This document shows, one piece after another, positions 9,539-22,511 of a stretch of 64,000 bases of DNA (position 1 is the first letter of the stretch; every line of letters begins with the position of its first letter). Origin of the DNA: Octopus sinensis (Eukaryota); contig NC_043010.1 in assembly GCF_006345805.1 (NCBI RefSeq), positions 5,394,001-5,458,000 on the forward strand. Reading direction: 5' to 3'. A program made the position numbers and the translations under genes. Under the pieces are notes generated by a model, which made no database searches, was not told where the DNA came from, and saw only the letters and a program-made list of their open reading frames with translations.

Positions 9539-11919
9539 CTAAAACATTAAAAATTAATCTAGCCCCATAAATCGCAGGTACACTGAAGTATTTTACTCCA
9601 TTAGTGTCTGTTTTATAAACAAATTTCAGTTTTCATAAGAATTCAGCTAGTTTTATCATAATTTTCTTCAATCAGCCAAATTATCACAATTATTCACTGA
9701 GATGAAAAGGTAAATGTTTAGATATGCATTAAAAGAACACACACACATACACAACAGGTTTCACAGAAGCTAAAATTGGTCAAGTTTTATTTGAAAATTA
9801 ATAGAAGTTTCATTGGCAGGCAATGTAAAGAAATAGTGTTAGGCTATTGTCAGTCTATTTAAACAATTTATATAAAATATATATATTATTATTTTACAGT
9901 TACCATTTAATGGAATTGCTTCTGATTGAAATCTGCTATGAGATGATTTGGAAAGATAATTTGAAAAATTGATAATTAAAAAAACCGAATTGAAATCTCA
10001 CACAAGAGAGAAACATACTTTCATATTTACACAGTTTGTGTGTGTTTTCTAATTAATTACCCTATTTATAAATGTAGAATACTGTCACTTAAAAAAGGCA
10101 TTTTGTTAATAAAATAAATAATTAAACTACTAATAAAATAGCAAATTTATGTTTATCTTATTATAATGTTCAGTGCATACTGCTTCAGTACCCATGGTAT
10201 GCAACTGATGATGAAGTAATATAGCTGAGGAAAAAATGCATTGATTATGAAAGAAAAATAATATGGAGAAAGTAAAACAAAAACAAAAAGCAAAATAACT
10301 TCCAGTGGGATAAATCATTAGAACAACCGTCAAAATTTAGCATAAAAAAACTAAAATAAATGTTTGCAAACAGAAGCAAACATGCATTTCTGATCATTCA
10401 ACTAAAGCAACAAAATTGTCCATTTGGGAATTTGATAACAAACAATTTATAAAGAACTAAAATCAATTAAGCAATGTTGCAAAATTGCTCATTTTCTCTA
10501 CAGCTGAATGACGATACCCATGGGTGTAATAAGAAGATAAAGGAGGAAAAGATATCTTTCAACTCCTTACTCTTTTATCTTATAACCTAAATTTCTCAGT
10601 AATGGTTTTTTTTTTTTATTTATTTCATTTTTTATTATTTTTTTTCTTCTTCTCTGATTGGCCACTAAAGGATCTAATTTGACTTTTGGCTACTGAAGTA
10701 TTCACAAGTGATTACTTCTCCAAGTATATGAAGTTCAAACTGAAAGTTGCAAACGATGAATAAAAATAAGAAACTGCTTTTTATGATGCGCGCTCAGAGT
10801 GAGCAATCATAAATCAATAGATGCATAATAGACTTCATGATGGATGCGAATGTCATACTGGCCATAGTAGATGCAAATGTTATTGACTGCACGGCAGATG
10901 TATTTATGTATAATTGAGGAAAAGATAGCAATGACTGGCACAGCTTATGGGAAGAATTTGAATATCAAAAATAACTTGGTAAAGAATGATAAAGAATGGT
11001 AAAGATTTACAATGGCTGCAAACAATATATGATCATAGCAGTTTATCTAAAACAGAAACTTTGTGGATAATATGGAAATATGGGTAAATTTCATTAACAC
11101 TTCAGTTTTCTTGGGATATGTAACTTTTTATATATTACAAGACATGGCATAAAATATCCAGCATAAATGACACACATACATCAAATTAGTACTTAGCAGG
11201 AAAGAATGAACACTAAATGTATAATGATTTGGATGAGAGAATTATGGTGGTGATGGTGGTGGTGGTGGTAACAAGGGCAGTTGTGGTGGCACCAGTAGCA
11301 GCCACAGCAGCAGTGGTAGTAATAAGTGTGGCAGTGATAGTGATAACTGTAGTAACAATACAGGTAATAATATTGGTGACACTAATGACAGACAATGATC
11401 ATGAGAATGACGCTGAATTTAAAAGGAAGAAGATGCTTATAAAGATAGGTAGGAGGAGGGGAAGGAATAGTATGAGAAGAAGGAAGATGTTGGCGACCTA
11501 CGTTCAAATGTAGATGATATAAGCTAAGCTTAGTTGCATTATCTAAATACAGAGGAATCACAGAGAAGCTATTCAAATTTAAATGAGATTACAGTGAAGT
11601 TTTGAAGTACATTGAAGTAGTTTATATGTCAATATTTAAAGAGAATGAAAGTTCAAGCAACATGAGTTGAGATTCAATTACCACAGAAATATTCCTGAAC
11701 TATGGTTTAGCATGTCAATAAATTAATTTGATATTCTTAAGTTTGGGTCTTCCTTGTTATACATAAGACTGAACTTTTATTTTTCATCATTTATCTCTGG
11801 AACATCTCTGTATTTAAAGCTGTTAAATTAAGTGAATTATCGAAGCAGCTTGTGAATAGAAAGAAAAGAAAAGGAGTATTAATATCTGTTTGAATTTTTT
11901 TTTTTTTTCCTTTTTTCAG

Positions 11920-11961
11920 AAGTGTTTATATCTAAATACATGTGTCTACACAATGGTTTTT
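11920..11961 (+). CDS. Candidate 42-nt exon (xVFISKYMCLHNGFx)
   Basis: Very long polypyrimidine acceptor ending TTTTTTCAG, donor GTATGT, phase 1-1. Phase-compatible with 7294-7399. Confidence 0.27.
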
Positions 11962-11995
11962 GTATGTAGATCTCAGTGTAGGCAATATTAATACC

Positions 11996-12232
11996 TATTT
12001 CTTTATTACCCACAAGGGGCTAAACACAGAGGGGACAAACAAGGACAGACATAGATATTAAGTCGATTACATCGACCCCAGTGCGTAACTGGTACTTAAT
12101 TTATCGACCCCGAAAGGATGAAAGGCAAAGTCAACCTCGGCGGAATTTGAACTCAGAACGTTGCGATAAACGAAATACCGCCAAGCATTTCGCATGACGC
12201 GCTAACGTTTCTGCCAGCTCGCCGCCTTATAA
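11996..12232 (-). mobile_element. Family A SINE (A1 tail), young full-length copy
   Basis: Full rc of head, core and tail. TSD GCAATATTAATACC at 11982-11995 and 12233-12246. Confidence 0.93.
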
Positions 12233-12350
12233 GCAATATTAATACCGACCTATCTGAGATTGACTTTGATTCTGAAATACATATCAAGCCATAATTCTCA
12301 AGGTATTTACATTTAGATGTAAACATTTCATCAATATTTCGCATATGAAT

Positions 12351-12568
12351 AAGGCAGCAAGCTGGTAGTATTGTTAGCACACTAGGCAAAATGCTTAGTG
12401 GCATTTTGTTCATCTTTACACTCTGAGTTGAAATTCTACCAAGGTCAATTTTGCCTTTCATCCTTTCAGGGTTGAAAAAATAAGTAACAGTTAAGAACTG
12501 GGGTCGAAGTAAAAGATTTACTCCTTGTCAAGAAAACTGCTGGTCTTATGCCAAGATTTGACACCAAT
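12351..12568 (+). mobile_element. Family A SINE (A2 tail)
   Basis: Head AAGGCAGCAAGCTGG, core GCCTTTCATCCTTTCAGGG, tail GCCAAGATTTGACACCAAT. Confidence 0.82.
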
Positions 12569-12909
12569 GTTTTACATACAAGTCTTGTGTTCTAAATACC
12601 AGTGTGATGATAAAGAAGTTATGTATTTTAGAAAATACTAGAAAATATCATCAAAATACTTGATTATTTAAAAAAATTAATTGAAGCCAATTAACTGCAC
12701 TTCCTATGACATGTGATCACAGAAGGGTTAGGCAAGTTCACTAAGTGGATTCAGGTCTGAGCCCACACTGTGGTACCTTCAGTAAATGTATTTTCAACAT
12801 AGATTCAGATGGAACAAAACCTTGTGAGTGAAATTTGGTAGGCAGAAATCAGTGGAAGAGACCTGGCTTGATTTGGGGTGTTAGACTAAATCCAGTCTAA
12901 GTTTGGTAC

Positions 12910-13136
12910 CCTTTTGATACCAAACCACCTGATACTACCACTGGTTCTATGATACAAGCTTCATGATTTAAAGAGATCTGCATAAAAATTTTCCTTCAAA
13001 ATGTCATTGTACATTTATATTCCAAGCACCAGTTTAATAACTACAGTTATTTTGACTAAATTCTTCATTGTTTTCAAAATTTTCCATAACACACAAAGTG
13101 TATTTCAACAGGAATATGGTAACTAAAGGGTTAACA
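12910..13136. mobile_element. piggyBac-like MITE (degenerate)
   Basis: Termini CCCTTTTGATACC ... GGTAACTAAAGGG|TTAA. Related partial copies at ~29920-30140 and ~51855-52077. Confidence 0.6.
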
Positions 13137-13299
13137 AGGTCAAAACTACTAGCTGGCATTTGGACACTTTTACCAGAGTCCAGTCTGTTGCAAATATTTG
13201 GTCAAACCTCTGACCAGAAGATAACTTTCTTGTTTATACATACCTGTCTTGAAGTTCCTGAAAGGGGTCACAAGTGATGTCTTCTTCTTCTACTGACTA

Positions 13300-13700
13300 A
13301 AAAAGAAATTCTATAATCACCATACAAAATCACAATTTACATTCTTACATCTTCCTAGTCTTTGACTCAATAATTCCATCAGCCATTTTTCCAATCTATT
13401 CCAATTTCATTTGACACATTAAAGACTAAATCTACAATATTTATCTTTCCTTCTAATCTTTTTTCTAAATCTCTGCTCAGACTTAATGAGGATTTTATAA
13501 TTCTGTCGACATCCTTCAGTTACGAATGAACCATTTATCTGATTATTAGCTCTGATCTGTCAAGATTTTTCTCTCATCTCGTCACTGTGTTTACATCTTT
13601 GCAGCTTGCACTAATTCCGTTCTGTTTTCCTTTTTATTTACACTAAAATCTGTGAATCATCAGCTTCAAATAGATCTTACTGCTATTTCACCGATTCTAT
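13300..13700 (-). pseudogene. Possible highly decayed LINE reverse-transcriptase fragment
   Basis: Minus-strand DLFEADDSQIL (YADD-like) followed by ELVQAAK. Multiple stops and frameshifts. Confidence 0.25.
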
Positions 13701-13943
13701 CAATTCTGAAGGATCTATTATCTTAGATTTGCCCAAGAACTTAAAAAAAAAAAAAACTTGGGAATGTCATTATAGCTTTGTTAAAATAACAACAACAACG
13801 ACGACGATGATGATGATGATGAGGAGGAGGAGGAGGATGAGGAGGATACAAAACTATGTCACATGCTTTGTTATTTTTCATTTCAAGATGCTACTACATT
13901 GACTTGCTGGCGACACACAGACACCAGCACACACTGTAGAGAA

Positions 13944-13944
<1 letters not shown>

Positions 13945-14004
<60 letters not shown>

Positions 14005-14016
14005 ATATATAATATG

Positions 14017-14072
<56 letters not shown>

Positions 14073-14180
14073 GTATGTATATATATGTATATGTATGTAT
14101 ATATATATATATATATATATACCTATATATATGTGTGTGTATGTATGCATGTATGTATGTGTATATATATATATATATAC
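13945..14180. repeat. (TA)n/(TATG)n microsatellite
   Basis: Directly visible. Confidence 0.95.
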
Positions 14181-14633
14181 ATACACATTCTTTTATGTGT
14201 TCTTTAATTTTACTGGTTTCAGTCATTGGATTGCAGCCATATGGAAGCAACAGTCTTAAAGGTTTTAATTAATCATATTAACCATAGTAGTTAATTCACT
14301 CTGGAATATGTTTTATTTATAAGTATTTATTGAATGACATAAATTACATTTCTGACTTATAGGGACGTGATTTGACAAACTGGTTGACACTGGTATACTC
14401 AAACTAAGTTACACACGCACAAGCCTATTAAATGGTTTTTGCACAGATTCCATCTACTAATTCCACTCATAAAGCTTTGGTTAACTGAAGACTAGTAGAA
14501 ACCAATTACCTAATGTGCCTCACAATGGAATCAAACTCAGAAACACATGATTGCTGATGGTTATGTCTGTGGCTATATAAGAAATAAAAAAAAAATGAAA
14601 AAAAGACAATATTAAAGCAGTAAATAAATATTA

Positions 14634-14993
14634 GTGGAGGCGCAATGGCCCAGTGGTAAGGGCAGCGGACTCGCAGTCGTAGGATCGCGGTTTCGATTCC
14701 CAGACTGGGCGTTGTGAGTGTTTATTGAGCGAAAACACCTAAAAGCTCCACGAGGCTCCGGCAGGGGATGGTGGTGATCCCTGCTGTACTCTTTCACCAC
14801 AACTTTCTCTCACTCTTTCTTCCTGTTTCTGTTGTACCTGTATTTCAAAGGGCCAGCCTTGTCACTCTCTGTGTCACGCTGAATATCCCCGAGAACTACG
14901 TTAAGGGTGCACGTGTCTGTGGAGTGCTCAGCCACTTACACGTTAATTTCACGAGCAGGCTGTTCCATTGATCGGATCAATACTTCCATCATC
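14634..14993 (+). mobile_element. tRNA-derived SINE, family D (3'-truncated)
   Basis: Head GGAGGCGCAATGGCCCAGTGGTAAG..GGTTTCGATTCCC followed by ~290 bp non-tRNA body. TSD AAATAAATATTA at 14622-14633 and 14994-15005. Body fragment in rc at ~46265-46320. Confidence 0.85.
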
Positions 14994-15157
14994 AAATAAA
15001 TATTAAGCAGAAAAATTGTCGGTACCAATGTTGTAAGCTTTTTGCAAGAGTTTCTACTCTAAATTTTCACTCATATTTCTCTCACAATCTATATTTTCGT
15101 CTTTTTTCTGGACTGTTGTTAACATGACAGATCCTCTTCTTTCAGTTGGGCTGGAGT

Positions 15158-15314
15158 CAGGAGCAGACTGAGCCGTCATTCAAATGGGCACTGTCTGAGG
15201 GCACGGAGCTCTAAAGGACCCGCACTCTACATTTTAACTCTCTTTGATATCAATGCTAAGGGGCCTGGTGAACAGTTATGCCTGAGGGCCCTTAATACTC
15301 TCTGTCTGCCCCTG
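15158..15314. mobile_element. hAT-like MITE
   Basis: TIRs CAGGAGCAGACTGAG / rc CAGGGGCAGACAGAG. 8-bp TSD GCTGGAGT / GTTGGAGT. Confidence 0.8.
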
Positions 15315-15418
15315 GTTGGAGTCTTGGCTCACCATCAAAATGTATCAATGCTGTGTGTCTTTTCTGTAAGTATTTCCATGGTCATTGCTCTGATGAACTT
15401 CCCTGCCAAGACCTTTAA

Positions 15419-15644
15419 TCCTACAGCATTCTGATTAATCTGTCAAATGTAATGCTTATTTATTCAAATTGTTTTGAATTAACCATACATTTAATCAATT
15501 AATCTTGTAGCTTTGAGATTTTGATGATGTGATTACTTATTTTTAAAATGACATAGTAGGGTAGGTGTGAAAGGTCAGATCTGGCCAGTTTGAGCATACA
15601 ATAGAATATTTGGCCCTGATATGGCTGCTTTAAATGCTAAAGGG
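15419..15644. mobile_element. piggyBac-like MITE
   Basis: TTAA|TCCTACAGCATT ... AATGCTAAAGGG|TTAA. Same family as 22964-23229. Confidence 0.72.
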
Positions 15645-16334
15645 TTAAACATGTCCCTTGCTTCTCTTCCCACATTCGTTGAGCTTTCTGTTAGTCACAA
15701 GTTCTTTAATTCTAATAGATTCTTCTCTGGAATTGGACCTCACTATTCTTGTCTTATTTTCTTCTGGTCTACAATAGTTAGTTCTTCAAGATTTCTGTCA
15801 GTCAATATCTTTTAAATTTGTAGTCTCCTGGGTATCTTTGTGTCATTCCTGCAACCATTGACAACCAATTATGGTTTGTCCATGTTCCTGTAACCTAGTG
15901 GTTTGGCAAACAACAACCAATAGAATAAGTGCCAGACTTAGAAATGAAAACTGGGATCGATTTGTTCAGCTAAACCCTTCTAGGTTGTGCTCCAGCTTGG
16001 CTACTTTCAACTGACTAAAACGAGTAAAAGGTAAAAAAAATAAAACATCTTTATAAGTATATTATACAAGATTTTTCAATTTGATGGTGTCCACTAAGAG
16101 AAATAAACTTTTATTACCTTCCAGAACAAGTAAGATTGTTTTTCTTTTTATGATGTATGTCTTAGATTTAGTACTAATAAAAACAAACTGAAAGGTAAAA
16201 AGGCAACACAATTACCACAGGATATATAAATGGAACAGAGTGTAAAAAAATCAACTCAGTAGCCAGCAGTCATAAAATTTCAGAAAATGGTCAGCAATGA
16301 AAGATTTTTGCCATCAAGAGATGCACCAATACAC

Positions 16335-16703
16335 CTTTTACTCTTTTTCTTGTTTCAGTCATTTGACTGCAGCCATGCTGGAGCACCGCCTTTAGTCGAG
16401 CAATTCGACCGAGGGACTTATTCTTTGTAAGCACAGTACTTATTCTATCGGTCTCTTTTTGCCGAACCGCTAAGTGACGGGGACGTAAACACACCAGCAT
16501 CGGTTGTCAAGCGATATACACACACATACATAAATATATACATATATACAACAGGCTTCTTTCAGTTTCTGTCTACCAAATCCACTCACAAGGCATTGGT
16601 CGGCCCGGGGCTATAGTAGAAGACATTTGCCCAAGGTGCAACGAAAGGGTTAACCCTGAACCATGTGGTTGGTAAACAAGCTACTTACCACACAGCCACT
16701 CCT
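16335..16703 (-). mobile_element. Family B SINE
   Basis: Full rc: tail, GGAGCACCGCCTTTAGTCGAG domain, internal CA/TA repeat, CORE-like CTTGGGCAAATGTC, tRNA-like head. Confidence 0.9.
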
Positions 16704-17648
16704 TTGAAGTTTTTTTTTTTTTCATTACAAACAATGAAAAATTATTTTAGATGCATACTCTGATAATTGTCCCTGAAGTAGTATGAAATTTGCTGTAGGG
16801 TTCGCTTTTTGACAACTAATAATTTTTTAATGTTATGAAAAAAAACTGGTTCAGTTTCTTTTAATTTATCTTTTCAGGTAAATTTAGATTAACTTGCCTC
16901 ATGGTGGTATCGTAAACATCTAAGAAAATCAAATGAAAAATTCAAGCAAGATTCTTTTATTCTTGTATGTGTTCCAACCCAAAGACGGTGGCTATGCTGG
17001 AGCACTGCTACTGTCTACATCTGGGAAAAGATTTGTAGTAGTGACATGATAATACGGATGTGTTTACTAATCAATATGATTTAATCCTTTAGTGTCTGCA
17101 ATGAAAATGTTATTACACAATATTTCCAAAAAGAAATTTCATAATATCCCCTTATGTTCCTGTAGTAGTTACTTATTCCAAACAGGCTGTATTACATCTT
17201 AGAAATGCACCTGGCCATTCTAGAAAAATCAGTTTTTAAACTTTTTAGTCCGGAGGCAATTTGGTACCTGTGACTCTGGAGAGAGGAAAAGTATCCTCTA
17301 ACCAGAGAGACCAAGCCTGTACGTTTGCAACAGAATAATTTAGAGGTAGCCAAGGTGGTAGTTAGTTGTTAAACTGGGCAGGAAACTAAGTCTACAACCC
17401 ATCCTGGGCAAATCTGAACTCTAAAACCAAAGACTCAAACAAATATTGCAAGGCATCCAATCCAATATTCTTTCTGTTTTACCAATCCATTGTGTTGGAC
17501 TGGTACATTTTTTTTTTTTGTTATCAATTGTTATCAACTTGTTCCACTCAATACTTTAGTTCGTCCATGCTACAGATACCAGAGCGCTAATGATTAACTT
17601 TAAATTGGTATAGATTCTTAACAGATTTAAAACTTTATGTTGTTTCCA

Positions 17649-17820
17649 GTGCCAGTTGCATGTAAAAATCACCCACTACACTCTCGGAGTGGTTGGTGTT
17701 AGGAAGGGCATCCAGCTGTAGAAACACTGTGCCAGATCAGACTGGGTCTGACGCAGCCTTCTGGCTTCCCAGACCCCAGTTGAACCGTCCAACCCATGCT
17801 AGCATGGAAAGTGGACATTA

Positions 17821-17854
<34 letters not shown>
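17649..17854 (+). mobile_element. RTE-type LINE 3' end
   Basis: GTTAGGAAGGGCATCCAGCTGTAG ... CCAACCCATGCTAGCATGG followed by a (GAT)n tail. Confidence 0.85.
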
Positions 17855-17856
<2 letters not shown>

Positions 17857-18060
17857 TTCCAAAGCATAAGTGCAAAGTTGACCTCAGTGAGTGCTGGAAT
17901 AAATGCCATGAGGCATTCTATCTGATGCTATAACAACCTTAGCAGTTCACCACATTGGAAGAGTTTTTCCAATTTCACGAAAATGAAGCACTTCTTTGAC
18001 CAGTGCAGTTTTCATATTTAAACCCTGTGGAAAAATGTAAAGCCGATCATTATATTAAAC

Positions 18061-18279
18061 CAGTGCTTTTCAAACTTTTTGCTGGAGCGGAACCCCAAGG
18101 AAACATTCCACTGGCTCGGGGAACCCCTGTGCAATAATTTAATAGTCTTATGCACACATATCTGCACAGGAGAATTAAAAATTACTGCTGATTTTAGCAG
18201 TTTTGTAACTTCTTGCGGAACCCCTGGACTGTACTGGCAGAACCCTAAGGTTCCGCGGAACCCTGGTTGAAAACCACTG
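18061..18279. mobile_element. hAT (Charlie-like) MITE
   Basis: TIRs CAGTGCTTTTCAAAC / rc CAGTGGTTTTCAAC. Perfect 8-bp TSD TATTAAAC at 18053-18060 and 18280-18287. Confidence 0.9.
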
Positions 18280-18682
18280 TATTAAACTGAAAAGAACTTT
18301 TAAAAGCAAGAGTTTTTTTTAGAAGTTGGTAGTTCAGAAATAATTTACAAATTACAGATGGCATTATTGAAAAATGCTTGCATGTTTCAATGATATAACA
18401 CAAATATCGATGGTTAAATTTTAGTTATAAATAAACATAAATTTTATTGATTTAATTTCCAGAAAGCTGTTATTTTTTAAATTTATTCATTCCCAGTAGA
18501 GTTTGGTAACAGGGACCATGAATTCAGAACATTGGTATTAGCTCTGTTCATATGATAAAAACTGTCTGAGTAGAGCTAGTAAAAATATTTTGTTCATGTG
18601 AAGGGGAAGCTGCACAAAAGCTGGAATGAAATGAAACCACTAGATGTACAATGCAAGTGTACTTAACATCAGAGCAGAGAGA

Positions 18683-18890
18683 GAACTGAGTTTAAGAGGA
18701 ATCAGGTGTTGTATGCAAGAGAGAAGACTGGGGTGGTACAGACATGAGATGCCCATAAAAGATGACAGTTGGGTAAAGAAATGCCAAGAGATTCAAGTAG
18801 AAGAATTCTGCTGAAGAGATAAACCGAGGAAGATACAGGAAGTGGTGGATGCTGATCTCCTGAACCTTACGAAGGAAATGAATGATTTCA
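18683..18890 (+). pseudogene. RTE LINE ORF C-terminal fragment
   Basis: ELSLRGIRCCMQERRLGWYRHEMPIKDDSWVKKCQEIQVEEFC*RDKPRKIQEVVDADLLNLTKEM matches the RRL.W.GHV.R...RGRPR.TW pattern of RTE ORFs. Confidence 0.8.
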
Positions 18891-19130
18891 TACATGTATA
18901 TTCAAGATTCGCTCTTTCAATTTATTATTGCACTTTGACCTTGTCTATAGCTCCAAAGTAATGTTTAACTCTCCATAAATAAATTCATGTGTCTTCTACT
19001 TTGGTCCCAGGGCTTAGCAAACCAGCTAAAGATTTATGAGAAGATTTGATAGACTGGAAACTAAAAGAAGCATACCCTATATATACATATATATATATAT
19101 ATACTCATGCACATACACACACACATATGC

Positions 19131-19183
<53 letters not shown>

Positions 19184-20117
19184 GGTTGGGAAATAGAAAG
19201 CAATTGTTCAAATGAAAATATTCAATAGATAAATTATCATTTTAAAAAATGCCCTTTAAAGCTAAATGAAGGTACATATAGCTTTTGACAAGTTACAGAT
19301 ATCAAAGGCCATTTTTGTAGTTAAGGCAATATTTTTTTTTTTTTTTTTTTGAAATAGATTATTTCCCTAAGTAACTAAAGTATTTTTCTTTAAATAACAA
19401 TTCTGAAAAGAAGAAAATAGATAAAATAATATATCAGAGTAAAAAAGTTATTCTCTACTTCTAGCCTTCTTTGCCAGTTCATAGAGGTAAAAATGTGGCT
19501 TAATGCAGAAAATCAATAACATCCTTCTCAAAAAGGCAAAATGAATCAGAAAAATATTTCTGTTTGACTTAACAAATAAGTTCCTTCTCTATAGCCCCCA
19601 ACACATTCCAATTTTTCAGTTCAACGGCCACTTAAGCTATAAAGTCCACCTTAGCTGCTGGATTTTTTCCTTGCTTTCAGTTCTGTTCTAAGCTTTCATG
19701 TATAAGATGAGAAATGATAACTATAATTATTATCCCTTAAAGAAGCGACATATGAAATTAAAATTTTCATTTCGGCTATTACAACTATTGAAACTGAGGA
19801 AAACTACATATGTTTGCAAGTGTGTGTGTGTGTGCATGTATTTATCTATATATTTATATATATATATATATATATATGCAGATACATTTTATTTCCATCA
19901 AAATAATATTATCATTGATAAAGTGGCAGTAGTACTGAGGAGTCAGTCTAGTGTGAACCTACTTTTACAACTAAGTGGCCATCTTCAAACCTACATTTAG
20001 CCAGCCACATTTCAATGTACTTTTAGCTCACCATTCTCAAATATATTTCCAGCTAGCCATCCTTGAATATACTTCTAACTAAACAGCGTTTAATATACTT
20101 CTAGCTTAACATTTTCA

Positions 20118-20142
20118 TATATACATATATATATATACATAT

Positions 20143-20175
<33 letters not shown>

Positions 20176-20179
20176 TTAC

Positions 20180-20235
<56 letters not shown>

Positions 20236-20337
20236 TATATATATAATATATATATATATATATATCTATATATTATATATATATATATTTATATATATAT
20301 ATATATATTTATATATTTATATATATATTTATATATT

Positions 20338-20406
<69 letters not shown>

Positions 20407-20435
20407 TATATATATATAATATATATATATATGTA
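20118..20435. repeat. Long (TA)n microsatellite
   Basis: ~310 bp of nearly pure TA. Confidence 0.97.
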
Positions 20436-21095
20436 TATGAACATAAATACATTCATATGTGTGTGTGTGTGTGGTGTGTGTGTGTGTGTATTTTAATTAT
20501 CTATCCTAAATACTTTATTGCTGTATAATTTGTAAATGAATAATTTGAAAGCTATGGATTCCAGGATTCAAACAGTTTTGTGATGGCTGTTAATTAAATT
20601 AGTAAATCAAATTAAATGTTCTTTTTCTTTACAATTAATTTCACGTTTCATTGAAAGAAATAACAGGCATTTGATGAAAAATTCAGAAGATTAGTAATTT
20701 AATTAAGCAACTTATAAATGTAATAGAAACAAAGTAACTGAAGGATAAGGATACTGGGCATATAAAATAATTGGTCAAAGGTTCCAGTCATACATTGCAT
20801 GGCAAAATATTTGATTCCATTTGCATCATTTTATAGAATTGGAAATATTGGTTAGAATTTGTTATATTCCACAGAGCTGTCTTTATTCCATTGTTCATTT
20901 TGCATTTTGTATAGTGTGAGAGCAATGGAAAAAGTACGAGATGAAGTACAGAGGTTGATCTAATCAATTAAAAGAAAAAAACCCTGAAAGTGTTACTCCA
21001 GCGTGGTCAATGTCCAATGACTAAATCTAGTAGAAGGGTGAACATAAGGGGGCAAATTGACAGAGTTTTTAGGGCATTCACAATATTTTTTTTTT

Positions 21096-21470
21096 TACTT
21101 TTTTACTTGTTTCAGTCATTTGTCTGCGGCCATGCTGGAGCACCGCCTTTAATCGAGCAACTCGACCCGGGACTTATTCTTTGTAAGCCCAGTACTTATT
21201 CTATCGGTCTCTTTTTGCCAAACCACTAAGTAACGGGGACATAAACACACCAGCATCGGTTGTCAAGCAATGCTAGGGGGACACATACATATATATACAT
21301 ATATACGACGGGCTTCCTTCAGTTTCCGTCTACCAAATCCACTCACAAGGCTTTGGTTGGACCAAGGCTATAGTAGAAGACACTTGCCTAAGGTGCCACG
21401 CAGTGGGACTGAACCCGGAACCATGTGGTTGGTAAGCAAGCTACTTACCATACAGCCACTCCTGCGCCTA
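21096..21470 (-). mobile_element. Family B SINE
   Basis: Near-consensus full-length rc copy ending CACAGCCACTCCTGCGCCT. Confidence 0.92.
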
Positions 21471-21600
21471 TATTTGTTCCAAATCCCTGCACTTTCTGCA
21501 CAAGTTTAAATCCTGTCACAGTTAACTTCACTTTTCGTTCTTGTGGTTCAGTAAAAAGTACCACCCCAGGGAAATGGATTGGCAGAACTGTAAGAGCTGG

Positions 21601-21996
21601 AAGGCAGCGAGCTGGCAGAAACATTAGCACACCGGGTGAAATGCTATGTGGTATTTCGTCTGCTGTTACGTTGCGAGTTCAAATTCCGCCGAGATTGACT
21701 TTGCCTTTCATCCTTTTGGGGTCGATAAATTAAGTACCAGTGACGCACTGGGGTCGATGTAATCGACTTAATCCCTTTTTCTGTCCTTGTTTGTCCAATC
21801 TATGTTTAGCCCCTTGTGGGTAGTAAAGAAATAGGTATTTCATCTGTCTTTACATTCTGAGTTCAAAATCTGGTACGGTCAACTTTACCTTTCATCCTTT
21901 CGGAGTGGATAAATTAAGTACCAGTTGCATACTGGGGTCGATCTAATCGACTGGGCCCCTCCCCAAAAACTTCTGGCCTTGTGCCTAGACTAGAAA
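21601..21996 (+). mobile_element. Dimeric family A SINE (head-body-tail1-body-tail2)
   Basis: The second body starts at AAAGAAATA|GGTATTTCATC (~21833). Ends GCCTAGACTAGAAAAG. Confidence 0.88.
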
Positions 21997-22511
21997 AGTA
22001 CTGTAAAAGTTTATTGAGATGCTTTGCAGTATCCATTCTGGTTCTTTGTATTCTGGCAGCAATGCCTACAACAACACTGGTACCAAGTTGGTAGGTTTCC
22101 TCTTGAATAAACATCAGTGGGTAGGAGAAATTTCAGCACAGTCGTTTTGGTACTGTCTATTTGGTGTCACTGATTCATTTCTGATTTATTTGATATCAAA
22201 TGTTTTTCTAATTCTCACCCTCTCCCCATCTCACTCTTTCTCTCTCTGATTACATGTGTGAGCATCTAATTATGTTTGTAATGTCTCTCTTTCTTCCCCT
22301 CTCTCTCTTTCACTCTCACTCTCCCTTTCTGTATGTGAATATCACTGCACATGCATGGGTGGTGGTGGGGTGCTGTTTACCCCTGGTACTAAAATGTAGT
22401 ATCACCAATACAGCTCCTATGTCCATTTAGCTGTGCCAAACTTTAGCATCCAAGCAACTGTGCTTAATCATCTCACTGCCAACATCAATGGTATAGAAAG
22501 GAGAGACTTAC

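Noticed and set aside
10786-10824. Iron-responsive element (CAGAGT loop)
   Set aside because: The five-base upper stem and C bulge do not pair when CAGAGT is used as the loop.
14634-14705. tRNA-like sequence (also 35730-35802 on the minus strand)
   Set aside because: Boxes A and B are present but there is no closing acceptor stem. The sequence continues into a SINE body, with a TSD at the 14634 copy.
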